Part shown: positions 41,781 to 51,775 of the stretch, one piece after another
How positions within the stretch are numbered: the first letter of the stretch is position 1
Layout of the letters: each line of letters begins with the position of its first letter
Assembly: GCA_043819095.1 (NCBI GenBank)
Contig: JBDRFF010000020.1
Span: forward strand, 35,890-99,889
DNA from: Candidatus Omnitrophota bacterium
GTDB taxonomy: Bacteria; Omnitrophota; Gorgyraeia; VGKH01
DNA: 64,000 bases
Direction: 5' to 3'
Notes under the pieces: model-generated
Told to the model about the DNA's origin: nothing
Databases searched by the model: none
The model's input: the letters and a program-made list of their open reading frames with translations, nothing else
Made by a program: the position numbers and the translations under genes

Positions 41781-42582
41781 TATCAAGAGCTCCTTCTTCT
41801 GAATAAAGAATTAATTTCGGCCTCCCTGTAAGAGTAATCTTTTTATCCGCTGCAGTATAAATTGCTTCATCGCTATAGCTTTCATTATCTTCACGCACAA
41901 TCTTAACATTACCTTTTGCTATAATTTTGGTTATACCTTTGCTCTCGGAATCAAAATATACTTCCATTATATCTGAAAACATTTCTCCGCGCTGGTCTTT
42001 GACTTTTACATTTTTATTAAATATTGCGATGGAGCTTTGGTAATCAATATCAAGCGCGCCGTCACATGTGATAACTGTCTTGTTTAAGTTGTTATTCTCA
42101 TCTGCTGATACAATCTCAACAGTAACATCATCTTTTAGTTTTGCCTTCTTGAAATCTGTCTTTGCCTCGGCTCCACGACCTTCGGCAACAAGGTTTTCTT
42201 TTTCAATTTTAACCTTATCTTCTGTAGTAATAAGATTGGAATCTCGTCTCCAATCTAAAGAATCAGTGGTTAATTTAGAACCTGTTTCAGTTATAGCGAC
42301 AACGTCCTGCTCTAAATGCATATCCCCGCTTGTCTTGTTGAGGCTTCCTGTTTCTGCTGTTATATTTACCTTTTCTTCTCCGTAGAGGTCAGCATCGACA
42401 TTTTTAAGTTTAATCGTTTCCGAAAATATATCGGCTGACTCCCCTCTTACTTCCCAACTCTTCTCTCCATCCTTGGAATGACCGGAAAGATTGAATTCTA
42501 AAAATTGCTGATCGGAGTCTTGTGAAGATGCGATCGAGCAGAAAAAAAATAAAATAGAAAAAATAATAATCAATCGTATCAT
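41761..42582 (-). CDS. LptC-LptA(OstA) tandem beta-jellyroll protein
   Basis: N-terminal signal/anchor, LptC-like half (W...G..A, LTTDSL.W, I.T...V.I), LptA-like half (AIF..NV.V, AKGNV.I, LTG.P); between kdsC and lptB. Confidence 0.8.
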   Translation of the reverse strand: MIRLIIIFSILFFFCSIASSQDSDQQFLEFNLSGHSKDGEKSWEVRGESADIFSETIKLKNVDADLYGEEKVNITAETGSLNKTSGDMHLEQDVVAITETGSKLTTDSLDWRRDSNLITTEDKVKIEKENLVAEGRGAEAKTDFKKAKLKDDVTVEIVSADENNNLNKTVITCDGALDIDYQSSIAIFNKNVKVKDQRGEMFSDIMEVYFDSESKGITKIIAKGNVKIVREDNESYSDEAIYTAADKKITLTGRPKLILYSEEGALDNASFGN

Positions 42583-43103
42583 TTCTGATACTTACTTATG
42601 AGCTTATTCCATTTGTATTGGGATTTCAAAATTAGCTCGATCACTTCTCTTACCGCGCCATTACCACCTTTTTTCCTGGTTATATAATTTGCAACTCTTT
42701 TCACTTCTGGAGCTGCATTGGCAACGGCAACGGCAAGACCGGCTCTTCTTAAAACAGGAATATCAATAAGCTCATCACCAACAAAACAAGTCTGGCTCTC
42801 TTTTAGTTTTAGCTGCTTCAAAATTTTCTTATATGTATGAAGCTTGTCTTCAGAATTCTGATAGATTTTAAAAACTTTCATGTCTTTTGCACGCACGTTA
42901 ACAGTTCTAGAGTATCTGGCAGAGATTATAATTGTCTTTATGCCTGCTCGCCTTAATAAAACTACTCCTAAGCCGTCTTGAACATCAAAAAATTTAAGTT
43001 GTTTACCATTTTCATCAAAGATGATTTTTCCGTTGGTCAAAACCCCGTCAACGTCTAAGATTAAAAGTTTAATTTTTTTGGCCTTTTCCCTTAGGTTCAT
43101 CAA
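42579..43103 (-). CDS. kdsC: KDO 8-phosphate phosphatase
   Basis: LDVDGVLT.G, F.VQDG, VGDE..D, GG.GAVRE. Confidence 0.93.
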   Translation of the reverse strand: MMNLREKAKKIKLLILDVDGVLTNGKIIFDENGKQLKFFDVQDGLGVVLLRRAGIKTIIISARYSRTVNVRAKDMKVFKIYQNSEDKLHTYKKILKQLKLKESQTCFVGDELIDIPVLRRAGLAVAVANAAPEVKRVANYITRKKGGNGAVREVIELILKSQYKWNKLISKYQK

Positions 43104-44063
43104 CTACACCAACCCTGCTCGTAAAAGATCCTGCACATCCAGAAGACCGATTGGGCGTTTATTTTTATCCACTACGGGAACTTCGTCTATCTTTTTCTCC
43201 TGAAGTATCCTTAGGGCTTCAACCGCGAGAGTATCCTTGGTCACTGTTGTAGGATTTTTTGTCATTACGTCTTTTGCTTTTTTATCGGCTAAGTTAGAAT
43301 CTTTTTCAAGATGGCGACGTAAATCACCGTCGGTAAATATCCCAACCAGTTTTCCTTTTTTATCTACAACCGAAGCTGAACCGGCTCTTGCTTTTGTTAC
43401 TGCAAACAAAAGATCCTTAATCTTTTTTTCTTGATTAACTACCGGATTTGCGCCTCTCATCCTCATTATATCTTCGACTTTTAGAAGCAGCTGCTTTCCC
43501 AATGTCCCTCCGGGATGATAAAAAGCAAAATCCTCTTTCTTAAAGCCCTTTTTATCTAATAGGCAAATTGCTAGGGCATCGCCCATTGCCAACATCGCCG
43601 TTGTGCTAGCGGTAGGAGCCAGGTTCAAAGGACAGGCCTCTTTTTTTACACTAACATCTAAAACCACATTACAATATTTAGCTAAAGTTGATTTTGGATT
43701 TCCGGTCATAGCAATTATCTTTGTTCCCATTTTTTTAAGCAGAGGCAAGAGTCCTTTTACCTCTTGTGTTTCTCCGCTTTTAGAAAGGATTATAACGACA
43801 TCATCTTTTGCCACTCTTCCTAAATCTCCGTGGATTGCCTCTGCCGAATGAAGCCAAAGGCTCGGCGTTCCCACAGAAGACATGGTCGCGGATATCTTCT
43901 GTCCTATGATTCCGCCTTTACCCATTCCCGTTACCACGACCCTACCTTTACAATTGTAGATTAGATCTACGGCTTTCTTGAATTTTTTATCGATACGTGA
44001 AATTAGAGATCTTATCGCATCCGACTCAATTTTTAAAACTTCTTTTGCTCGTGCTATCGTCAT
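43104..44063 (-). CDS. kdsD: Arabinose 5-phosphate isomerase (SIS + CBS)
   Basis: TGMGK.G, EA.HGDLG, EACP.NLAPTAST, HPGG.LG, GIFTDGDLRR. Confidence 0.95.
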   Translation of the reverse strand: MTIARAKEVLKIESDAIRSLISRIDKKFKKAVDLIYNCKGRVVVTGMGKGGIIGQKISATMSSVGTPSLWLHSAEAIHGDLGRVAKDDVVIILSKSGETQEVKGLLPLLKKMGTKIIAMTGNPKSTLAKYCNVVLDVSVKKEACPLNLAPTASTTAMLAMGDALAICLLDKKGFKKEDFAFYHPGGTLGKQLLLKVEDIMRMRGANPVVNQEKKIKDLLFAVTKARAGSASVVDKKGKLVGIFTDGDLRRHLEKDSNLADKKAKDVMTKNPTTVTKDTLAVEALRILQEKKIDEVPVVDKNKRPIGLLDVQDLLRAGLV

Positions 44064-44076
44064 CTCTTTCCTTCTA

Positions 44077-44913
44077 TTAATTCTTTATTCTAAAAGAATG
44101 AAGAAGCCTATCTATCGATATTGTCTGAAGCAATATCTCTTTTAATTCTCTGGGCGTGATCATGTTCGGACCATCGCAAGGAGCCTTTTTGGGATTAGGA
44201 TGGACTTCCAAAAATAATCCATCGCATCCAACAGCTGCAGCAGCGCGTGATAAATGAGAAACAAATTCTCTCTGTCCCGCAGAGCAACTGCCTTTGCCTC
44301 CGGGAAGCTGAACGCTATGCGTAGCGTCATAGATCACAGGATAACCAAATTTTTTCATTATAACCATAGAGCGAAAATCGCTGACTAGATTGTTATAGCC
44401 AAAACTTGTACCTCTTTCTGTGATAAGGATTTTTTTGTTGCCTGTTTTTTCAATCTTTTTAATGATTTGTTCAACATCCCAAGGGGCCAAGAACTGACCT
44501 TTTTTAATATTTATTACCTTTCCTGTCTTTGCCGCAGCAACAACTAAATCAGTCTGTCGGCACAAAAAAGCAGGAATCTGGATAATATCTAAAACCTTAG
44601 CTGCTTTCTTAACCTGTTCTAGAGAATGGATATCGCTTAAAACAGGAACCTTTAATCTTTGTTTTATTAACTTTAGGGCTTTGAGCCCTTTGGTTAATCC
44701 CGGTCCACGATATGACGATGCTGATGTACGATTGGCCTTATCAAAACTGGATTTAAAAATAAACGGAACTTTTAGTTTTTTTGTGATATCTAAAATTTCT
44801 TCGGCGGTCTCCAGCGAAGTCTTTAAATCCTCGATAACGCATGGTCCAGCAATCAAGACTAAAGGAGCACTACCACCGATCTTAATATTCCTGATTTTAA
44901 TCTGTTTTGTCAT
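44077..44913 (-). CDS. kdsA: KDO 8-phosphate synthase
   Basis: IAGPCVIE, SFDKANRTS, QIPAFLCRQT, KKGQF, DATHSVQ. Confidence 0.97.
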   Translation of the reverse strand: MTKQIKIRNIKIGGSAPLVLIAGPCVIEDLKTSLETAEEILDITKKLKVPFIFKSSFDKANRTSASSYRGPGLTKGLKALKLIKQRLKVPVLSDIHSLEQVKKAAKVLDIIQIPAFLCRQTDLVVAAAKTGKVINIKKGQFLAPWDVEQIIKKIEKTGNKKILITERGTSFGYNNLVSDFRSMVIMKKFGYPVIYDATHSVQLPGGKGSCSAGQREFVSHLSRAAAAVGCDGLFLEVHPNPKKAPCDGPNMITPRELKEILLQTISIDRLLHSFRIKN

Positions 44914-44914
44914 T

Positions 44915-45661
44915 TTATTTTAGGACTATTTTTGAGTCTTTGGATAACCGTCTTTTTACAACTTCTAGATCTTCAAGAGTATCAACCCCGAAAGTTTCAT
45001 AATCTGTCTGAACGGTTTTTATTCTAAAACCAGCCTCTAAGGCTCTTAATTGCTCTAATTTCTCCGTATTTTCTAAACTTGATTCCGGAAGATTTTTAAA
45101 AGTGAACAAAAAATCTTTTGTATAGGCATAAATACCGATATGCTTATAATAATCTCCTTGCGCATCTTCCTGTCGCTGATAAGGAATTGCCGCCCGAGAG
45201 AAATAAAGAGCAAAATTATCTTTATCTATTACTACTTTGACAATATTGGGATTATCTATCTCGTCTTTATTATCGATTTTCTTTATTAATGTTGCCATAA
45301 CGATCGAAGGATCTTCTAATACAGCACGCGCTAAATCATCGATCATCGTAAAATGAATCAAGGGCTCATCCGCCTGGATATTTATTACTACCTTTACTTC
45401 CATTGGCTGGACAATTTCGGTAAGCCTATCAGTGCCTGAGTCATGATCTTTCGATGTAAAAACTACCTTGGAACCAAATTCCTCCGCTATCTTTTTCACC
45501 CTTTCGTCGTCACAGGCGATAATTAGATCGTCGAGCAATTTAGATCCCTTTGCCCGCTCCCATACGTGCTGAATCATGGGCTTTCCCAAAATATTCGCCA
45601 AGACCTTACCTTCGAAACGAGTCGATGCATATCTTGCGGGGATTATCCCGATAACTTCCAT
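44915..45661 (-). CDS. kdsB: CMP-KDO synthetase
   Basis: IPARYASTRF.GK, SGTDR, NIQADEP, ALYFSR, HIGIYAY, EKLEQLR. Confidence 0.96.
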   Translation of the reverse strand: MEVIGIIPARYASTRFEGKVLANILGKPMIQHVWERAKGSKLLDDLIIACDDERVKKIAEEFGSKVVFTSKDHDSGTDRLTEIVQPMEVKVVINIQADEPLIHFTMIDDLARAVLEDPSIVMATLIKKIDNKDEIDNPNIVKVVIDKDNFALYFSRAAIPYQRQEDAQGDYYKHIGIYAYTKDFLFTFKNLPESSLENTEKLEQLRALEAGFRIKTVQTDYETFGVDTLEDLEVVKRRLSKDSKIVLK

Positions 45662-45663
45662 AA

Positions 45664-46701
45664 TTATCTTCTAATCCTTTTTATCAATTCCTTTTGACTA
45701 ACGGTAGCTGTTCCGATTTTGCCTACGACGATTCCAGCCGCATAGTTAGCAAGGTATGCGGCCTCTAGCATCGTCGCTCCAGAGGCTAAGGCTAAAGTAA
45801 AAACAGCTATTACAGTATCGCCGGCGCCAGAAACATCAAACACGTCCTTAGCGACAGTAGAGATACTAACAGGTTTATCTTTTCCTTTCTGGAAGAGGCG
45901 CATGCCGCTTTCGCCCAGAGTAATTAAAACTGCTTTTGAATTAAAATATTTTAATAGTTCTCTGCCAGCTTTTTTTATATCGCCATCCGTACGAAGCTTG
46001 TCGCTAAAAATATGTAATTTATTATCAACGTCACTTATCTTGATGTTCCTTATAGCGTTCTCTGCCTCACTCCTATTAGGCGTTATTGCCGTAGCATCTA
46101 AATCTTTGTACATGCTGAAATGCTCTTCCTTGGGGTCAACCGTAATAATCTTTTTGCCACTAGCACAAATCTTGATTTTTACTAAAAGTTCCTTTGTGAT
46201 AACGCCTTTACCATAATCCTCAATGATAATCGCATCAAACTTATCTAGATTATTTTTAATAAAATTTAATATCTTGGATTGCGCGCTTGAACTGACTGCT
46301 TTTATATCCTCCCAATCGACCCTAACCACTTGTTGGTGTTGAGCAATAACGCGTGTTTTTGAAATGGTCGCCCTTTTCTTATCGACGACGATCCCTTTTG
46401 TTCCAATTTTCCTTTTATTCAATTCCGAGAATAATGTATCGGCGAGAGTATCTTTTCCTACTACTCCGGAAAGAGTCACCTTTGAGCCAAGACTCGTTAT
46501 GTTACTTGCGACATTACAAGCACCTCCTGGGATAAAACTTTTTTCTTGCGCCCAGACAACCGGAACGGGTGCTTCTGGAGAAAGTCTCTGTGCCTTCCCC
46601 CAGATAAACTCATCGAGAATCAGATCACCGATAACCAATATATTTGATTTTTTAAAACGAGATATGATTCTTAACAGTTTTTTCATTCTATAATTCTTCA
46701 A
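45664..46701 (-). CDS. rfaE1: D-glycero-D-manno-heptose 7-phosphate kinase (HldE domain I)
   Basis: GDLILD, RLSPEAPVPV, DYGKG, VDPK, TPN..E, DVSGAGDTV. Confidence 0.92.
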   Translation of the reverse strand: MKNYRMKKLLRIISRFKKSNILVIGDLILDEFIWGKAQRLSPEAPVPVVWAQEKSFIPGGACNVASNITSLGSKVTLSGVVGKDTLADTLFSELNKRKIGTKGIVVDKKRATISKTRVIAQHQQVVRVDWEDIKAVSSSAQSKILNFIKNNLDKFDAIIIEDYGKGVITKELLVKIKICASGKKIITVDPKEEHFSMYKDLDATAITPNRSEAENAIRNIKISDVDNKLHIFSDKLRTDGDIKKAGRELLKYFNSKAVLITLGESGMRLFQKGKDKPVSISTVAKDVFDVSGAGDTVIAVFTLALASGATMLEAAYLANYAAGIVVGKIGTATVSQKELIKRIRR

Positions 46702-47626
46702 TTATTGAGCTGGCTAAAAGTGGCAACATTATTTCATGATGACCGACTATGTAATATCCTTTGCCGCTTCCTTGAGTTGGCCTATGGACAATATTCTGCT
46801 GCGGACGATAATGATAAATCATGTCGAAGTTTGCCGTAGTAAAGTTTCTTACTTTATAATCTAAATTTCTTGCTACAGTCAGAGCTTTTAAAAATACTTC
46901 TGGTAGAATAACGGCTGAGCCAAAATTAATCAATACTCCTCCATCGCCCAGCTTAGAAACCTCGGCGATAAAATTATGAAAATCTTTTAATGACGTCTGC
47001 CCGATTGCCGCACCATCGCAGGATAGATGCTGATGTACAATATCGGTCCCGATTGCAACATGCACAGTAATAGGTATATTTTTCTTAAATGCAGAATGAA
47101 TAATACTGAGTTCTTTGAAACGCAATCTGTTATCTTCATCAATGGCCCTACCTACTGCCTGGCCTATACCTAAATCAAACTTTGCCCCGGATTTAATAGC
47201 GTCGTTAATAAATCCGGCTGTCTCTTGTGCCATACCAAAAGAGCCATCGCGGATAGACCTTTCCACATCTTCGGAAGTCTTGCCCTGAAAAGCAATCTCA
47301 AAATCATGGATTATTCCTGCGCCGTTTAAAGCGACGCAATCAATAATACCCCTATTTATCAACTCAATTATAATCGGGCTTAAACCGCACTTGATGACAT
47401 GGGCGCCAAGCATGAAAATTACAGGCTTTTTCTTTTTCTTGGCCCCAACAACAGCATTTACAACATTGCGTAAATCTTGTGCTTTTAATACATGCGGTAA
47501 GTCCTGATAGAATCTTCGGAAGCTATTGCCTTTCTTGTAGATAGCGGCAAAATCCTTCAGATTTACCGTACTTTTTCTCTTGCCAAGAGAATAGGTCTTA
47601 ATTTTACGTAAGTTTATCTTACCCAT
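46688..47626 (-). CDS. Conserved hypothetical protein with deoxyhypusine-synthase-like fold
   Basis: GAHVIKCGL, NGAGIIHDFE, G.TSEDV, GSFGMA.ET, AIGTDIVH, GSAVILPEVFLKA, GHHEIM; start set at MGKINL. Confidence 0.75.
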   Translation of the reverse strand: MGKINLRKIKTYSLGKRKSTVNLKDFAAIYKKGNSFRRFYQDLPHVLKAQDLRNVVNAVVGAKKKKKPVIFMLGAHVIKCGLSPIIIELINRGIIDCVALNGAGIIHDFEIAFQGKTSEDVERSIRDGSFGMAQETAGFINDAIKSGAKFDLGIGQAVGRAIDEDNRLRFKELSIIHSAFKKNIPITVHVAIGTDIVHQHLSCDGAAIGQTSLKDFHNFIAEVSKLGDGGVLINFGSAVILPEVFLKALTVARNLDYKVRNFTTANFDMIYHYRPQQNIVHRPTQGSGKGYYIVGHHEIMLPLLASSIIEEL

Positions 47627-47643
47627 AATAACACCAAATTCTA

Positions 47644-49698
47644 TCACAACTTAGAGATTTCGTCAACAGCTTCTAGGACATCTTCAACACTTATGGATTT
47701 CAGGCAAATGAACTCCTTTTTGCAGTTATGGGCGAGGCACTCAATGCATCCAACATCCTTATGTAGAAATATGTCTTTTTCTCCTAAAGGCCCCCAGCGT
47801 AAAGGACTTAAGCCCTTTTGGTTTCTTCCAAAAATGGAAATAACCGGAGTGCCAACAGCCGTCGAAATATGCACTGGCCCGGAATCGTTTGAAATAAAAA
47901 GGCAGCATCTTTTTAGAATGCTTGCAAGTTTACTAATTGTGGTTTCTCCTGATAAATCGATTACAGGATATTCGATTTTTTCGATAAGTTTTTCAGCGAT
48001 CTTCTGATCTTTTGGGCCAGAAATAATAATAATTTTAAATCTGTACTCTTCTATTAATCTATTGGCAAGATCGGAAAAATGTTCCTGCGGCCAAATTTTT
48101 GAAGGACAACTTGCGCCTGGATGAATTGCTACTAGATTAGGACTATTAAGGGCGTTATTCTTCTTTAGAATCCTATCTACCCAATCTTCGGATTCTTTTT
48201 TTATCGGCATAAAAAGTGTTTTATCTTGCGGCTCTATACCCAAGGCTCGGATGACATCGAGTGAATATCCCATCTCATGCTTTTCGCCTAAATACTTTTT
48301 GTCATCAAGTTTTTTAGTTAAGAAAAATCCCATCTTTCTGTTATACCCGATTCTCTCCGGAATCCCCGCAAAAAAAGAAATTAGATTTACCCTATTTGTG
48401 GGATGCAGGATTATTGCTAAATCGAATCGTTCCTTTCTTAATTCATTAGCAAATTTTAGCGACGATAAAATGCTTTTATGTTTTCCATATTTATCGTAAA
48501 TTATAAGCTCATCTACGAATGGATTTCCTTCAATAATTTCTTTAGCGTAGGGTCTTACCATCACAGCTAAAAATGAATTTGGAAAAAAATCCTTCACTGC
48601 CTTAATCACGGGAGTTGATAACAATACGTCTCCGATTCTATCTGTTCGAATCACTAAAATACGTTTATAGACCGAAAATTGCGACGCGATCGGTCTTTTC
48701 TCTTGGAGATAAATCTCAAAAAACTTCCCCGCTTGTTTTATAATGACGTTTTCCTCAAACAAATTCATGCATTCATGATTGTATCTGCAACTTGATTCCT
48801 CGCAAGGAGAACAATCTAATTCCTTCCTGACTAGCAAACTCTTACTATTCCAGGGCCCATATTTCTTTGGGTTGGTCGGACCAAATATCGCCAATGTTGG
48901 GACTTCCAGATAGCTAGCTAAATGCATTACAGCGCTATCATTTGAAATAACCAATTTTGCTTTTTTAAGCAGGCCTGCCAGTTGTTTAAGATTAGTCTGA
49001 CCGCATAAATTAACTGAATCATTTTTCATTAAATTTGAGACTTTCTCGGCAATTTCAGCATCATTTTTATCACCGACCATTACAATCTTTACGGAATAAG
49101 TCTCGGTTAGATAATCGCAAACTTTGGCAAAACCGTTCTCCGGATACCTCTTCCAACGGCTTGCCGCCCCAGGACTAACAATTACAATATTTTTCTTTCC
49201 CGATAATTTATTTTTAGATAAAATCTGTTCTATTTTGTCTTTATCCGATTCGTTGATGTGGATTTCGGAAAGACTATAAAATCTGGAAATTAGCGGATAA
49301 GTAGACTTTAGCTTATAGAGATACCGATATTTCATGTGTTCGATTGTCTCAGGAATTTTTTTAAATGGCGAAGTCTTGTGTTCAGCATTTAACAATACAG
49401 ATAATCCGCTATGGCGCAGGTCTACTATGAGATCAAATTTCTGCTTTTTTAGATAAATAAGAAAACCGATCTTACTTTTTATAGCGATACTCTTATCGTA
49501 GATAATTGTGTTTATTTTCGCGTCGTCAGCTAAAAGTTCGGCTGCCTTGGGACCGACGATTACGTTTAGACGAGCCTCTGGAAAGTTAGCCTTCAAAGTA
49601 TCAATCACCGGTAAGGTAAGCACAACATCACCGATATTGCTTAGGTTTATAACTAATATATTTTTAATTTCTGAATTGTTTAACTTTTTGGAAAACAT
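47644..49698 (-). CDS. Tandem double GT9 heptosyltransferase
   Basis: Two IGDV.L..P starts and two SNDS..H...FG motifs in 684 aa. Confidence 0.88.
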   Translation of the reverse strand: MFSKKLNNSEIKNILVINLSNIGDVVLTLPVIDTLKANFPEARLNVIVGPKAAELLADDAKINTIIYDKSIAIKSKIGFLIYLKKQKFDLIVDLRHSGLSVLLNAEHKTSPFKKIPETIEHMKYRYLYKLKSTYPLISRFYSLSEIHINESDKDKIEQILSKNKLSGKKNIVIVSPGAASRWKRYPENGFAKVCDYLTETYSVKIVMVGDKNDAEIAEKVSNLMKNDSVNLCGQTNLKQLAGLLKKAKLVISNDSAVMHLASYLEVPTLAIFGPTNPKKYGPWNSKSLLVRKELDCSPCEESSCRYNHECMNLFEENVIIKQAGKFFEIYLQEKRPIASQFSVYKRILVIRTDRIGDVLLSTPVIKAVKDFFPNSFLAVMVRPYAKEIIEGNPFVDELIIYDKYGKHKSILSSLKFANELRKERFDLAIILHPTNRVNLISFFAGIPERIGYNRKMGFFLTKKLDDKKYLGEKHEMGYSLDVIRALGIEPQDKTLFMPIKKESEDWVDRILKKNNALNSPNLVAIHPGASCPSKIWPQEHFSDLANRLIEEYRFKIIIISGPKDQKIAEKLIEKIEYPVIDLSGETTISKLASILKRCCLFISNDSGPVHISTAVGTPVISIFGRNQKGLSPLRWGPLGEKDIFLHKDVGCIECLAHNCKKEFICLKSISVEDVLEAVDEISKL

Positions 49699-50677
49699 CT
49701 TCTACGCTAATTTCCTCCATACAGCGGTAATCATCACAACTTGCTTTATAACATGGTATTTCACAACCAACATCCGTGCATATTATTTCGATTCTGCCTT
49801 TTCCGATCGGTCCTGTTATCTCCGGAGAAGTTGGCCCAAATAAAGCTATTAGATTAGTGCCAACGGCTGCAGCGATATGCATCGGACCCGAATCAGCAGA
49901 AATTACTAAATCCGATTCTTTCATCAAGACCCCAAGCTGCTTTAAGGTGGTTTTTCCTGCTAAAATTATTGGTTTTGTTTTCATCAGACTTGCTATCTGG
50001 TTGGCTAGAACTATATCTTTATCTGCACCTGAAATTATTATCTTTGCTTTGAGTTCTTGATTAAGTCTGTCTGCGAGTTTTGCAAAATTTTCTTTCGGCC
50101 AGCGTTTCGGCTCCCAGTTCCCACCGGGATTGATCACAGTAATAAAATCACCTTCTTTGAAACCTTGTTTAACTAGGATCTCTTTGGAAAATTTCCTATC
50201 ATCCTCCGAGATAAAGAAGTCATAATATTTTCCATCGGATTCGATGCCATAAGCCTGGATAATGTTTAAGAAATTTTCCAATCGATGAATATCAGCTTTG
50301 GGAGATGGAACTTTTTTAGTAAGTAGAAACCCTCTTTTGCGGGTATAATAACCGGCGCGTTCTGGAATGCCGGCTAAAAAGGTTATCAGCGTCCTAGTAA
50401 AAGATCGATGGAATAGAAAAACAACATCAAATTTTTTCTTTTTTAATTCTTTGATAAAATCTATTTTCGCAATTAAGCTCTTGTGAATTTTCTTCTCGTC
50501 AAAAACAATTATCTCATCTAAATAAGGATTATCTTTTAAGATTTCAACGCAGCGGCCAACCACCATGCAAGCAATATAGCCTTCTGGGTTTGCCTTTTTT
50601 ATCGCTCTTATTGCTGCCGTCGATAAAAGCACATCGCCAAGCCAATTAACATTTACAATCAAAATCCTTTTTTTCAT
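49664..50677 (-). CDS. waaF: LPS heptosyltransferase II (GT9)
   Basis: NWLGDVL, NPGG.W..KRWP, DSGPMHIAAA, LFGPT. Confidence 0.85.
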   Translation of the reverse strand: MKKRILIVNVNWLGDVLLSTAAIRAIKKANPEGYIACMVVGRCVEILKDNPYLDEIIVFDEKKIHKSLIAKIDFIKELKKKKFDVVFLFHRSFTRTLITFLAGIPERAGYYTRKRGFLLTKKVPSPKADIHRLENFLNIIQAYGIESDGKYYDFFISEDDRKFSKEILVKQGFKEGDFITVINPGGNWEPKRWPKENFAKLADRLNQELKAKIIISGADKDIVLANQIASLMKTKPIILAGKTTLKQLGVLMKESDLVISADSGPMHIAAAVGTNLIALFGPTSPEITGPIGKGRIEIICTDVGCEIPCYKASCDDYRCMEEISVEDVFQKVKQFRN

Positions 50678-50680
50678 ATT

Positions 50681-51775
50681 TTAAGATATAACTGATCGAT
50701 AGAGCTTTTCTGTTTCGTTAGACATTTTGTCTAAAGAAAAATTGTCACGAATGCTTCTTTTAGCATTCTCACCTAACTGTTTTGCACGTTGTTTGTTCTC
50801 AAGTAGAGAGATAATCGCCTTTGCAATAATCTCTGGATCCTGGGGCGGTATGAGAATTCCCGTCTTGTTATCTTCGATTAATTCCGGTATCCCACCGACA
50901 AATGTAGCAATAACGGCAAGTCCCATTGCCTGCGCTTCCATAATGGAAAGACCAAGGCCTTCCTGAAGCGAACTCATAACAAACACGTCCATCACGGCCA
51001 ATACTGATGCTGTCTGGTCCACCGATGGGATAAAAAATATATTATTACTCAATTCCAAATCATGGGCTTGATTAATCAGATCCTGTTTAATCTTGCCGTC
51101 GCCGATAAACAAAAGCTGTGCTGACGGAAATCTTGCAACAACATCTTTCATTGCTGCAATTAAATGGTTTTGCCCCTTAACGGTTGAGAGTCTTGCAATA
51201 TTTCCAATTACAGGACCATCTCCTAAACCAATCCATTTCTTATAATCATCAATCTGACTTTGAGTATATTCTGGATAATCACGCATATCTAAACCATTAT
51301 AAATAAGCTCAATATCCTCATACTTAACCTTTAAATCTTCAGATAGATGCCTTCGGACTGCTTGGCTTATTGCGATTACTTTCTTTCCCCAGCATGGAAA
51401 TATTATTCGATGGAAACGTGGCCTAAAAAACCCATGACAGGTACAAACATAAGGAATTCCGTAAAATTTATAAAGCCAGAAAGACAATACCTGCGTGACC
51501 CTTGTCTGCGCATGGATAATCTGAATCTTGTTTTCTCTGATAATCTTAGAAAGTTTTTTTAAACAAAATAAAATCTTAGGGCTTAAATCTGACTTTGTAG
51601 CTATGTCTATATCAAAGTGCTTGATTTTCTCTTTTTTTAAAGTCTCTACCCATTCTCCGCCGCTTGAAGCGATAAAGATACTATGATTCTTCTTTTTTAA
51701 CCCTTTAGCTAGAGAAACCACATAACTTGCAATTCCTCCGGGATTAAGATGCGTTGTAATAATTAATATATTCAT
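50681..51775 (-). CDS. Glycosyltransferase family 4
   Basis: GG, IHAQ, TCHG, IARL...KG, EGLGLSIMEA, VGGIPE. Confidence 0.9.
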   Translation of the reverse strand: MNILIITTHLNPGGIASYVVSLAKGLKKKNHSIFIASSGGEWVETLKKEKIKHFDIDIATKSDLSPKILFCLKKLSKIIRENKIQIIHAQTRVTQVLSFWLYKFYGIPYVCTCHGFFRPRFHRIIFPCWGKKVIAISQAVRRHLSEDLKVKYEDIELIYNGLDMRDYPEYTQSQIDDYKKWIGLGDGPVIGNIARLSTVKGQNHLIAAMKDVVARFPSAQLLFIGDGKIKQDLINQAHDLELSNNIFFIPSVDQTASVLAVMDVFVMSSLQEGLGLSIMEAQAMGLAVIATFVGGIPELIEDNKTGILIPPQDPEIIAKAIISLLENKQRAKQLGENAKRSIRDNFSLDKMSNETEKLYRSVIS

